From a virus (lineage: Duplodnaviria; Caudoviricetes): 32,498 bases of DNA. This document shows, piece by piece, positions 25,067-32,498 of this stretch. The position numbers were made by a program, and so were the translations under genes. The stretch's first letter is position 1. Every line of letters starts with the position of its first letter. The notes under the pieces are model-generated. The model had not been told where the DNA came from. It saw only the letters and a program-made list of their open reading frames with translations, and did no database searches. The stretch covers positions 1 to 32,498 of the IMG/VR virus record IMGVR_UViG_3300043173_000082; one strand, written 5' to 3'.

Positions 25067-27815
25067 GTGTTTCTAACAGCCGGGTGCGCTTAGCCTTGAT
25101 ACTTGACTTGAGGCCGAATGCCAGATTAGCGCGGCACTTGGTTACGTTAGGCTCATGCTTTAACCACTCCACCGCACGGCTACCACCACCGTAGTTCTTT
25201 GTAACCCAGTTCCTAAAATGCGTTTCTTCTATACGCATCCTATCTATTGAATCAGCCACATGCACACGTACTGGCAATGTCTTTGGCTGTGATATGACAG
25301 TGGTTAGGTTAGTGCCACGCTGTTGGTAGAGGTCGGTCTTGTTGGTAGAGTCGGCGTATTCATCCATGTATTCAGACAGCATTTCCCACACAGTCTTGTT
25401 ATGCCGTTGCACATTACCCTGGGTATCTACTTTGGGCTTAATCGCTACGAGCATACGCTTGGCTATGCCGCTAACATCGAAGTCTGTAAGGCCGGCCTTG
25501 TTGGCTGCTGCTGCACCTACCAGTACTGCGGCTATTAAAGCTATACGCATACGCTCGCTCTGCCCCATGTTAGCTATGCCAGCCAGCTTGGCGATGGTAC
25601 TTATGACATTAGCCTTTAGCTGCGCGTGGTGCTTGGTTATGTATCGTGAATATATTTCACCGGCTACACCATAGTTAGTATCCAGGCCACCGAACGTAGT
25701 AAGCGCACCAGCCAATGGGTCGTTGGATAGTCTGGCATCAACAATGTCCAGCTCAAGTACACGCATCATAGCGGCATCAGTACCAGACCTATGCAGGCGT
25801 AGGTGGTCGTGTATGGAGTCATTGGACACTACAGTAATGAGAGTAGTCCACTCACCAGAGGACTGGAAGTTAACGGCGGACGTAAGGCGGGTCTTCTCCT
25901 TGCCCTGTGCCAGTCTGAATATCATGTTGGTGAATTCATCAACACCTTCCATACCCGAGTTCATATGAAGCTCATCCCAATAGGCGGGTAGGTTATTTAG
26001 TATACCCATCTTCCTAATCATGGAGTTGGCTGTATCGTCCATGGAGTTAATCTGGTTAGGCTTGCCCCATACTGACTGTGCAGTGTGTAGTGCTTTAGAC
26101 TTACCAATACCTGATGCTTGGGAAACAATGGACAGCACCGCGCCGTGTGTATTTGTCATCTGCATTAAGGGGGCCGCAAACGATGTAGCGAGGGCGATAG
26201 ATAATTCAATATTTGGGTGGTGGATAATAAGCTGTGCTGCTTTCTTCCACTCATCTACTACACCTGTAGGGGAGTAGTGCTTTAACAGTTCAGGACTCGG
26301 CAATGGGTTAGGTGTTTCTTTACCATCTTCCCATATGATTTTTTGGGCTAGTGCAAATCCTATCTTTTTATCAATGGTTGTCCAGCCCATCCTATTAGGG
26401 GCATGGGTAATATGCTTAGCGGACTCCATCTGCTGCTTCCAGGCTACCATAAGACGTTGTGCTCCTTTCATTTGTTCTGGCTGCATGGCGATGTTATGCC
26501 ACCCAAGCAGGGCGTTAAAACTTTTTGCATCGGGGAGATCAATACAGGGAATCTCGGCTACTGCTTCTGTAGAATTACCGATAGCGTATTTGAATCGGAG
26601 GTAGTGAGTGTACTCGCCAACCGGCACGTTCAGTGTGGCGTCAAATAATTTATACGGTGTGAACTTTACCCACTCGTTAACGCCATCTTCTTCGCCTTCT
26701 ATCTGCATCGCCTTATACATGCCATCATCCTGCATCATGTAGTTATTCGGCAATTCACCGGGCATTTTATGAAATACTGTCAAAATTGGGTTCTTCACCT
26801 GACCGTAGTAAGGACATCTATGGCACTGTGACCCACCTGTAAGGGCAAAAGTATCGCAGCCTGTAGGCCCGCTGATGCTTCCGTTAACTACGACCTGTAG
26901 TTTTTCTGCGTACTTCTTTTCGGTTTCATCTTTGTCATAGCCGGGGTGCTGATCGCTTACCTTATGTATGTAGTCACGTCCGTCTGGTAGGTACGCGAGC
27001 ACATGTAGAATCTGTGCCCATAGGGGCTGGGAGTCCTTCTCGCCCCCGGTGTCCAGGGCGTGCTTGAACGTAAGGCATCTGTCGAATATCTGTTTGGCTG
27101 GCGGATTTTGAAACTCCCGCTTCTCGCCAAGGTCAGAGTTATCTACGAGGGCACCAGTGTTTGGTACTGATGTGAGTATAGGTGTAGTAGTAGCAAGCAG
27201 CACCTTCTGCAAGCGTGCTAGTGGTACATTACCGTTGTCCTTACCGATTACATTACATAGTTTAGAATGTTCCTCATCCTTTACATTGTAAGTGCCCGGC
27301 AATCTGAGTATGCGTGCAGAGTCTGATGTACATGTGGAGTCAACCTTGAATCCATGCTCAACACATTTACGTTTAAGTGCGCGGGCAAGAGGTAGCCACT
27401 CGTCAGCAGGGATAGGTGTTTCCAATGTCCAGTAGGCATGTATACCATTGCCCGAGTTTGTGAGTATGGAGTACTGAGGCATCCCCGAATTTTTGATGAA
27501 CACAAGCAGTTCTTTTATTGCTGCCTTCTGTCCTGTAAATTCCTTACCGGGGCCGCAATCAAGATCAAGATAGAATGCCTTCTTTGACTTGACGTTTTTC
27601 TGTGTTCGGGATTTGTTTGTGTTAAATGAACCAATGGCGATGTATACGTCTTGGTGTTTTGCGTTGAGGTACTGTATTACTTGGTCGATCTTATCAAGTG
27701 TGGTTAGGGTCTTGTGCCTAATTCCTTTGGTGCTATCTGACTTGATGTACGATGTTGCTAAGAAGTATACCCCGTCGTCGGGTACTACTCTTTCTATGAA
27801 AGTCTTTGTATCCAC
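25056..27815 (-). CDS. Primase-helicase fusion (AEP/RepB-like primase, PriCT-like, Cys cluster, DUF927-type P-loop helicase)
   Basis: FYLDLDCG, SGNGIHAYW, DSARILRLPGTYN; CDTF...CHRC; Walker A SGIGKS, Walker B-like AYWDE. GTG start with AGGGG RBS. Confidence 0.9.
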   Translation of the reverse strand: MDTKTFIERVVPDDGVYFLATSYIKSDSTKGIRHKTLTTLDKIDQVIQYLNAKHQDVYIAIGSFNTNKSRTQKNVKSKKAFYLDLDCGPGKEFTGQKAAIKELLVFIKNSGMPQYSILTNSGNGIHAYWTLETPIPADEWLPLARALKRKCVEHGFKVDSTCTSDSARILRLPGTYNVKDEEHSKLCNVIGKDNGNVPLARLQKVLLATTTPILTSVPNTGALVDNSDLGEKREFQNPPAKQIFDRCLTFKHALDTGGEKDSQPLWAQILHVLAYLPDGRDYIHKVSDQHPGYDKDETEKKYAEKLQVVVNGSISGPTGCDTFALTGGSQCHRCPYYGQVKNPILTVFHKMPGELPNNYMMQDDGMYKAMQIEGEEDGVNEWVKFTPYKLFDATLNVPVGEYTHYLRFKYAIGNSTEAVAEIPCIDLPDAKSFNALLGWHNIAMQPEQMKGAQRLMVAWKQQMESAKHITHAPNRMGWTTIDKKIGFALAQKIIWEDGKETPNPLPSPELLKHYSPTGVVDEWKKAAQLIIHHPNIELSIALATSFAAPLMQMTNTHGAVLSIVSQASGIGKSKALHTAQSVWGKPNQINSMDDTANSMIRKMGILNNLPAYWDELHMNSGMEGVDEFTNMIFRLAQGKEKTRLTSAVNFQSSGEWTTLITVVSNDSIHDHLRLHRSGTDAAMMRVLELDIVDARLSNDPLAGALTTFGGLDTNYGVAGEIYSRYITKHHAQLKANVISTIAKLAGIANMGQSERMRIALIAAVLVGAAAANKAGLTDFDVSGIAKRMLVAIKPKVDTQGNVQRHNKTVWEMLSEYMDEYADSTNKTDLYQQRGTNLTTVISQPKTLPVRVHVADSIDRMRIEETHFRNWVTKNYGGGSRAVEWLKHEPNVTKCRANLAFGLKSSIKAKRTRLLETPIP

Positions 27816-27826
27816 AGCTATCCCCT

Positions 27827-27860
27827 AAAGAAGTGGCGGGGGGCAACAACACCCCCCACC
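27827..27860 (-). terminator. GC-rich hairpin, probable terminator/attenuator upstream of the primase gene
   Basis: Minus strand reads GGTGGGGGGT-GTTGTT-GCCCCCCGCC followed by ACTTCTTT (imperfect U tract). Confidence 0.68.
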
Positions 27861-27880
27861 GAACTTTCAGATTACCACTT

Positions 27881-28912
27881 TTACGACAGTGATTCCAGGT
27901 CACCAATGATGGAGTCAAGCTCATCATCCATGGTGGTAGAACCACCACCATCAGGTTCAGCAGGGGCTGCTGCTTTCGCTTTAGGCTTGGCCTTCGGCTT
28001 CGCTTTAGGCTTGGCCTTCGGCTTGGCCTTAGCGGACTGTACAGGAGCTTCACCGGCAGGGGGGATTTCAAACTCCGTGTCCACAACCGGCTGAACAACA
28101 ACTTCTTCCTCGGGTACTTCCGCGGGTACTTCCGCGGGTACTTCCGCGGGTTCTTCTGCTGGTGCAGTCTCAGGAGCAGTGGATGTATGGAGTATATTAG
28201 ACGTAGTGTCACTCATAAACATCTTGGTGACAGTCTCCGCTTCCTCTGCTGTGATTGGCCGGACTGCTTTGAAGGTCAACTTTGGATATGATGCCGACAC
28301 ATCAAACCCTAACCTTGTCACCAATGCATTGTAGGGATAGCCCTTGGTGGACATGTTAGACCCATAGGTAGCCAGGTCGTTAAGGCTAGCAGCCGGGACA
28401 CGTAACATCATAGGCTCGGTATCATCCGTACCATCTGGCAGTGGGGTCTGAATCCATACAGCCATACGGCGGGAGTCAGCACAGGTCTTTGCCTTCTTGC
28501 CAGCTTCGGTAATACGGCTGCCCCATTGATTGTGTTTACAGGCCGCGCAGCTCTTGCTCTGCTTGGCAGTGGACGCATCATCAGGTTCAATACCATCTAC
28601 ACTAAAGCAGTCGGGGGCTTCATCGTCACCCTCGTTGTACTTGCCTTTGTAATAGATTTTACTGACAGCCTTGTTGGCCTTCAACAGCACTACCTCAATG
28701 CTGGGTATAGGCTCATCGTCATCGTTAAGTACGGGGCGTTCTTCGCCAGCGGATTTTACTCTCCACTTGCTACCCCGAATTGAGATTGTCTGGAAGCCAC
28801 CGGAACCAGCGCCGTCAGACAGGTCACCAGCGAGGTCACCAACATCAAAGACGCTTGCCATTTCCGTGGACAGTTCCCCCGCGGGGTTAAATACATCCAA
28901 GTCTTTACTCAT
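27881..28912 (-). CDS. Putative ssDNA-binding/replication protein with Cys cluster and low-complexity tail
   Basis: PDCFSVDG...CAACKHNQWGS...KTC, LRVPAASL and PKLTFK motifs. Acidic C-terminal tip (DDELDSIIGDLESLS). Sits between helicase and primase genes. Confidence 0.65.
   Translation of the reverse strand: MSKDLDVFNPAGELSTEMASVFDVGDLAGDLSDGAGSGGFQTISIRGSKWRVKSAGEERPVLNDDDEPIPSIEVVLLKANKAVSKIYYKGKYNEGDDEAPDCFSVDGIEPDDASTAKQSKSCAACKHNQWGSRITEAGKKAKTCADSRRMAVWIQTPLPDGTDDTEPMMLRVPAASLNDLATYGSNMSTKGYPYNALVTRLGFDVSASYPKLTFKAVRPITAEEAETVTKMFMSDTTSNILHTSTAPETAPAEEPAEVPAEVPAEVPEEEVVVQPVVDTEFEIPPAGEAPVQSAKAKPKAKPKAKPKAKPKAKAAAPAEPDGGGSTTMDDELDSIIGDLESLS
27974..28030 (-). repeat. Tandem repeat encoding (KAKP)n, with 24-bp higher-order duplication
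   Basis: TTCGCTTTAGGCTTGGCCTTCGG occurs twice in tandem on the + strand. Confidence 0.9.
28111..28150 (-). repeat. 12-bp tandem repeat (CGGGTACTTCCG)x3 encoding (AEVP)n
   Basis: Counted directly. Confidence 0.92.
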
Positions 28913-28913
28913 A

Positions 28914-29297
28914 CTACTTTCTCCTTACGCCAATAGCGGCATCTACTGTTATGGCTACGCCCGGAGGGGCTTCGCCGTTAGCTTCTATGTACTCGGTTAC
29001 TCCTGCTTTCGATAGGTTCTTGACCAGCAAATGTTCAAGTCCGTGCTCAAGAACAAATGGTAGTGTCTTGTCCCAATCATCTACCTTCACACTGGTACGC
29101 TCAATCCTGTAAGCGGTACCAGCCTTACAGCGGATGCTCTCACCACCCGCGGCATTCAACTGGGAAAGCAATCCTGCTTCCAGCTTGGTTAGCTTCTCAT
29201 TGAACGGTGCCATTTCCTGCTTATGCCTGTCAGTAAGTTCCTTCTTCTGGTCGCGGATAATGACATACGCATTAATTAGGTCGTCGCTTGTTGGCAT
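28914..29297 (-). CDS. Conserved phage protein, Gam/Gp157-like (coiled coil plus small beta domain)
   Basis: N-terminal coiled coil, GESIRCKAGTAY, VDDWD and GEAPPGV motifs. AGGAG RBS. Confidence 0.6.
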   Translation of the reverse strand: MPTSDDLINAYVIIRDQKKELTDRHKQEMAPFNEKLTKLEAGLLSQLNAAGGESIRCKAGTAYRIERTSVKVDDWDKTLPFVLEHGLEHLLVKNLSKAGVTEYIEANGEAPPGVAITVDAAIGVRRK

Positions 29298-29307
29298 TGC
29301 ACTACTC

Positions 29308-29520
29308 CTAGTCTATAGTTAATTTTAGTTGGGCCTTTGCAACTTCTAATATGTATAGCCTATCTTTAGTTGAGTCATTAGACCCACCCCACACAAACTC
29401 ACCATCACTGTTCCACCCTAAAATTACTACATCCTTTAAGCCCCATTGTTTAGCTATTTCAAGTATAGCAGTTGGGTCTAATTTACTGCCTGGGAATACA
29501 AACAGCTCGCCGTTATCCAT
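29308..29520 (-). CDS. Small conserved hypothetical phage protein
   Basis: Likely start ATG 29520 (TAATG overlap). Motif LKDVVILGWNSDGE. Confidence 0.68.
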   Translation of the reverse strand: MDNGELFVFPGSKLDPTAILEIAKQWGLKDVVILGWNSDGEFVWGGSNDSTKDRLYILEVAKAQLKLTID

Positions 29521-29804
29521 TACACTTTCTTGCACAGATTATGAGTGCCGTTACGAATGCGCCAGATAGTATTGGCACCAGTTTCAAAGTGCGCTGCTAC
29601 TGCTGCATTAGTTTCACTTGAATGTGTAGCGAGGTAGCCAAGAATATCCTTGACCAGTTCAGGTGTTACACGGGTGTATCCCTTACGTGCTTTCTTATGC
29701 CCGTTTGAGATTTCCGTAGTGAATCGTATTTTCGCTGCCTTCAATGCTTTCTCGATCTCACCAGCAGCAATGAAGTTGGATGCTTCTATAGTAAATGTAA
29801 TCAT
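29520..29804 (-). CDS. Helix-turn-helix DNA-binding protein
   Basis: C-terminal TNAAVAAHFETGANTIWRIRNG fits an HTH. ATGA-coupled with AAGGAG RBS. Confidence 0.72.
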   Translation of the reverse strand: MITFTIEASNFIAAGEIEKALKAAKIRFTTEISNGHKKARKGYTRVTPELVKDILGYLATHSSETNAAVAAHFETGANTIWRIRNGTHNLCKKV

Positions 29805-31357
29805 AATGCTTTCTCCTTTGTCATATCATTAAACATGTCTAACAACACAGTGGATAGCGACCCTTTTTTCGCTAGTCTATTAAACATATAACGCTCCATA
29901 GAGCATGACTCAATAGAGATTACATGTGTGTGGTGCTTCTGTCCCGGTCTTACAATGCGAGCGTTAGCCTGCTCGTATGTTTCATAGCTCATTGTTGGTG
30001 AGTACCAGACAATAACACTGGCCTCTGTCAACGTAAGCCCGTGGCTAAGTACACCGGGATGCGCCACTATTACTTTTGGGTCAGGGTTATTCCTGAAATG
30101 AGCGAACAACAAGTCCCGTTGTTTCTTTGGTGTGTCACCGTACACTTTGGCAACAGAGTACGACTGGGATAGCTCTTTGTATAGCATATCCACGGCGTGC
30201 TTGAACGGTGCAAACACCAATACTTTCTGCTCTGTCTCGTCGATGATATCCTTTACAATCTGTACCTTTGGGTTATCAGGGTACTCAACGAAACCTGTGT
30301 CACTGTAACTGAACCCACATGCAATTTGCAATAGCTTCGCGGTCTTTACACCAGCGTTGGCCGCAGTTATTTCTTGACCTTGATACAGTGTGTAGAAGTG
30401 CTTAAGCATTTGGTTATATGCTTTGTCTTGGTCTTGTGCAAGGCCGGTACTGCGAGTTGAATACGTGGTGGGCGGCAGGTCAATACATTCATCCGTAGCA
30501 AAGCGGACGCTCGGCTGTAATGCCTTCGCTACAATGCTATTAGCCTCACGGCGGGGTGCCCACTTGAATTGTGTGATTTGGTATTCGACCTTTGCCTGGA
30601 ACTGCTTGAAGTACTTAGGCACACGTTCCGGTGTCAGCAAGCGTGCTTGCCCCCATGCGTCAGTCGGCCCGTTAGGTGTCGGCAGGCCACTCATACCCCA
30701 TACCCACCGCCTTGACCGGATAACCTTCTTAAGTGCCTTCCAGCGCCTAGTACGTGCGTTCCTAAAGGCCGCCAGCTCGTCAATAATAACAAGATCAATG
30801 TCGTCTCTATCGAGCAGTTCATCCAGTATTACATTGATGCCATCAGTATTGATGATGTAGAAGTCAGCAGGCTGGGCTAGCTCCTTGAGGCGCTTATCCT
30901 TGGTGCCATGCAATACCCTAGCTACCCTATTGGGCATGATTTGAAACAGTTCATACTCCCATGTTCCTGTTAGTACACTGAGAGGGGCTACTATTAGGGC
31001 GCTGGTGGCCTCACCATGCTTCATCAGGAAGTCCGCTGCAAACATGGCGGCCCGTGTCTTCCCCGACCCTAAGCCGTTGAGGACATACGCCCGCGGCTGG
31101 GTAGACAGCAGCCCGGCTGTTATAGCCTGGTGCCTGTAAGGTACGGTATTGCACCAGTCGTACTGTGTCAGTATGGGGGCCGGCGCTTTGTACCCAAGGT
31201 TGCTCAGCAGCTTTACTTCACTGGAACGATGCGGCACTAGGTGATACTTCTTACCAGCCTTACTGAACGCCTTAGCATGGGGTATGGTCGTAGCGATGCG
31301 CTGGTCATAGGGCATGACTATGGCCTTGAGTTTATCGCTTATGCGGAATGGCATCAT
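29801..31357 (-). CDS. SNF2-family (SF2) helicase
   Basis: GLGSGKT, LIVAPLSV, IIDE, SGLPTPN, HGLTLTEA and EQANARIVRPGQ motifs. Confidence 0.93.
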   Translation of the reverse strand: MMPFRISDKLKAIVMPYDQRIATTIPHAKAFSKAGKKYHLVPHRSSEVKLLSNLGYKAPAPILTQYDWCNTVPYRHQAITAGLLSTQPRAYVLNGLGSGKTRAAMFAADFLMKHGEATSALIVAPLSVLTGTWEYELFQIMPNRVARVLHGTKDKRLKELAQPADFYIINTDGINVILDELLDRDDIDLVIIDELAAFRNARTRRWKALKKVIRSRRWVWGMSGLPTPNGPTDAWGQARLLTPERVPKYFKQFQAKVEYQITQFKWAPRREANSIVAKALQPSVRFATDECIDLPPTTYSTRSTGLAQDQDKAYNQMLKHFYTLYQGQEITAANAGVKTAKLLQIACGFSYSDTGFVEYPDNPKVQIVKDIIDETEQKVLVFAPFKHAVDMLYKELSQSYSVAKVYGDTPKKQRDLLFAHFRNNPDPKVIVAHPGVLSHGLTLTEASVIVWYSPTMSYETYEQANARIVRPGQKHHTHVISIESCSMERYMFNRLAKKGSLSTVLLDMFNDMTKEKAL

Positions 31358-31611
31358 CCTACTGAATTACCCTCACTTGTATCTGGAGCTGCACCATTAG
31401 CGTCCTTCATCATTACAATATGACTGAACATTTCAAAGGCTAGTGCTTCGCCCCATTCATATTTTTCGCTAGGTACCCCACGGTTATAATGCGACCACTG
31501 TGTACTACCATCAGCACTATATTCAGTATGCCATCCACGCCCTATCAGGTATGCGCTTACATCATTTGGGCATTCAGCACGATCTATAATAAGCGTCGTT
31601 GTTATATCCAT
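31354..31611 (-). CDS. Hypothetical protein
   Basis: 85 aa, translationally coupled at both ends, AGGAG upstream. Confidence 0.68.
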   Translation of the reverse strand: MDITTTLIIDRAECPNDVSAYLIGRGWHTEYSADGSTQWSHYNRGVPSEKYEWGEALAFEMFSHIVMMKDANGAAPDTSEGNSVG

Positions 31612-31949
31612 TATGCCTTTCTCCTGTTATTACCTGCTTTAGCAAAACTACACATAGCTATCCATGCCTTGACCTCATCCATTTTATTATGAAATTTTGC
31701 GTTATCACATGCGGGTATAATCCACGAACCTGTTAAGAATGCTGTTGTAGTAGGTCGGTTAGGTTTGAACCCTACATTACCACCCGGCATATATTTAAAC
31801 ACCAGCTTGTAGTGGTCAACCATGGACTCAATATAAAATAAGTCAAACGTATCAAACGCATGGCTACCATACCTGCTCACAGTTTTCTTCAAGCTGTTAT
31901 GTATAAGCAGCCCTAGTTCATCTGCTGTTAGTCTTTCGGCTCTACCCAT
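31611..31949 (-). CDS. Hypothetical protein
   Basis: Likely start ATG 31949, downstream of AAGGAGAG. Stop overlaps the next start. Confidence 0.62.
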   Translation of the reverse strand: MGRAERLTADELGLLIHNSLKKTVSRYGSHAFDTFDLFYIESMVDHYKLVFKYMPGGNVGFKPNRPTTTAFLTGSWIIPACDNAKFHNKMDEVKAWIAMCSFAKAGNNRRKA

Positions 31950-32248
31950 TTCAGTCTCTCCTTTGTTAGCCATGTATCCAGTGCATCAATCCCAGCCTGG
32001 CTATCAATTACCATTACCATTCCACGTGCATCTACTATCTGTCTTATTGTTAGGAGCTGTCGCTCGGTAGGCTTCCTGCCCGTAGTCTTGGTCTCTATGG
32101 CCATGTACTTACCGCGCCAGCATATATGATAGTCAAGTGACGGCGTACCCATGCCATGTTGTACCGGCATGATGTAATGGGCACCGTGTTTCTTAAGTAC
32201 CGCGCTGACTTTACGTTTGACCGTAGGTTCCTTCATCTTCTTGGTCAC
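31928..32248 (-). CDS. VRR-NUC domain (PD-(D/E)xK) nuclease
   Basis: GTPSLDY...GKYMAIETK...KPTERQ motif. The true start may be ATG 32236. Confidence 0.88.
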   Translation of the reverse strand: MTKKMKEPTVKRKVSAVLKKHGAHYIMPVQHGMGTPSLDYHICWRGKYMAIETKTTGRKPTERQLLTIRQIVDARGMVMVIDSQAGIDALDTWLTKERLKWVEPKD

Positions 32249-32411
32249 CTAGTATGTTTACCATGGAGTTAATTTCAGCTACTAATGTACTGTACTCAAC
32301 TCCGTTAACGTACTGCCCACCTGTTACGGTGTGGTAGGCTTCCAGCTTTCTCCTACACTGATATAAAAGCGCCACTACCGCTTGGTTCCTCGCTGTCCTT
32401 GAGTCTGTCAT
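32211..32411 (-). CDS. Hypothetical protein
   Basis: 66 aa, AAAGGGGTG RBS-like sequence upstream. Confidence 0.58.
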   Translation of the reverse strand: MTDSRTARNQAVVALLYQCRRKLEAYHTVTGGQYVNGVEYSTLVAEINSMVNILGDQEDEGTYGQT

Positions 32412-32496
32412 TGTTCACCCCTTTGGCTGATACTATTAAGGCTATACGTGCAAGCCTTTCATCCGTTAACAAGTTCGCAACCTGCATTACAATACT
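32353..32496 (-). CDS. Possible 3' end of a gene entering from outside the window
   Basis: One minus frame stays open from the window edge (SIVMQVANLLTDERLARIAL...) to a TAG at 32353-32355. Confidence 0.3.
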   Translation of the reverse strand, partial: SIVMQVANLLTDERLARIALIVSAKGVNNDRLKDSEEPSGSGAFISV

Positions 32497-32498
32497 GT

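Noticed and set aside
27733-28212. 159-aa alternative-frame ORF with RKYP and RRPSLK repeats, possibly a frameshift bridge to the primase
   Set aside because: It is an off-frame reading of the SSB-like gene's repeats. It is not in the primase frame and it crosses the terminator hairpin.
30760-30800. Helicase motif II reads DELA rather than DEAH/DEXH, suggesting inactivation
   Set aside because: The catalytic DE and all other SF2 motifs are intact, and such variants are common in phage SNF2-like proteins.
1-32498. Alternative genetic code, tRNAs, integrase/att sites or introns/inteins
   Set aside because: Standard-code ORFs tile the window with coupled starts and stops, and all three stop codons are used. 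No intergenic room or motif for these elements was seen by eye.

Overview
A 32.5 kb segment of a tailed dsDNA phage (Caudoviricetes) with podovirus-like morphogenesis genes and no host genes. The + strand (1-25066) is a tightly coupled late operon: large terminase (5'-truncated), portal, scaffold, major capsid, head-tail adaptors, nozzle, three fibre/receptor-binding candidates, an Ig-like protein, a GNAT acetyltransferase and three putative ejection proteins. The - strand (25056-32498) is a convergent replication module: primase-helicase, SSB-like protein, Gam/Gp157-like protein, HTH protein, SNF2 helicase and VRR-NUC nuclease. The main finding is the 2873-aa last virion protein, a 'polyvalent' protein with a macrodomain (ADP-ribose eraser/reader) next to an H-Y-E-type ADP-ribosyltransferase-like domain (writer), then an HExxH metallopeptidase and a PLxRFG-type region. 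Other points of interest are a GNAT beside a pilot protein with a possible cleavable leader, a 40-aa basic ORF missing from the ORF track, a possible leaderless portal transcript and recent intragenic repeats. All product calls come from motif reading and gene order, not database searches. I saw no tRNA, rRNA, CRISPR array, integrase, DNA polymerase or lysis gene.
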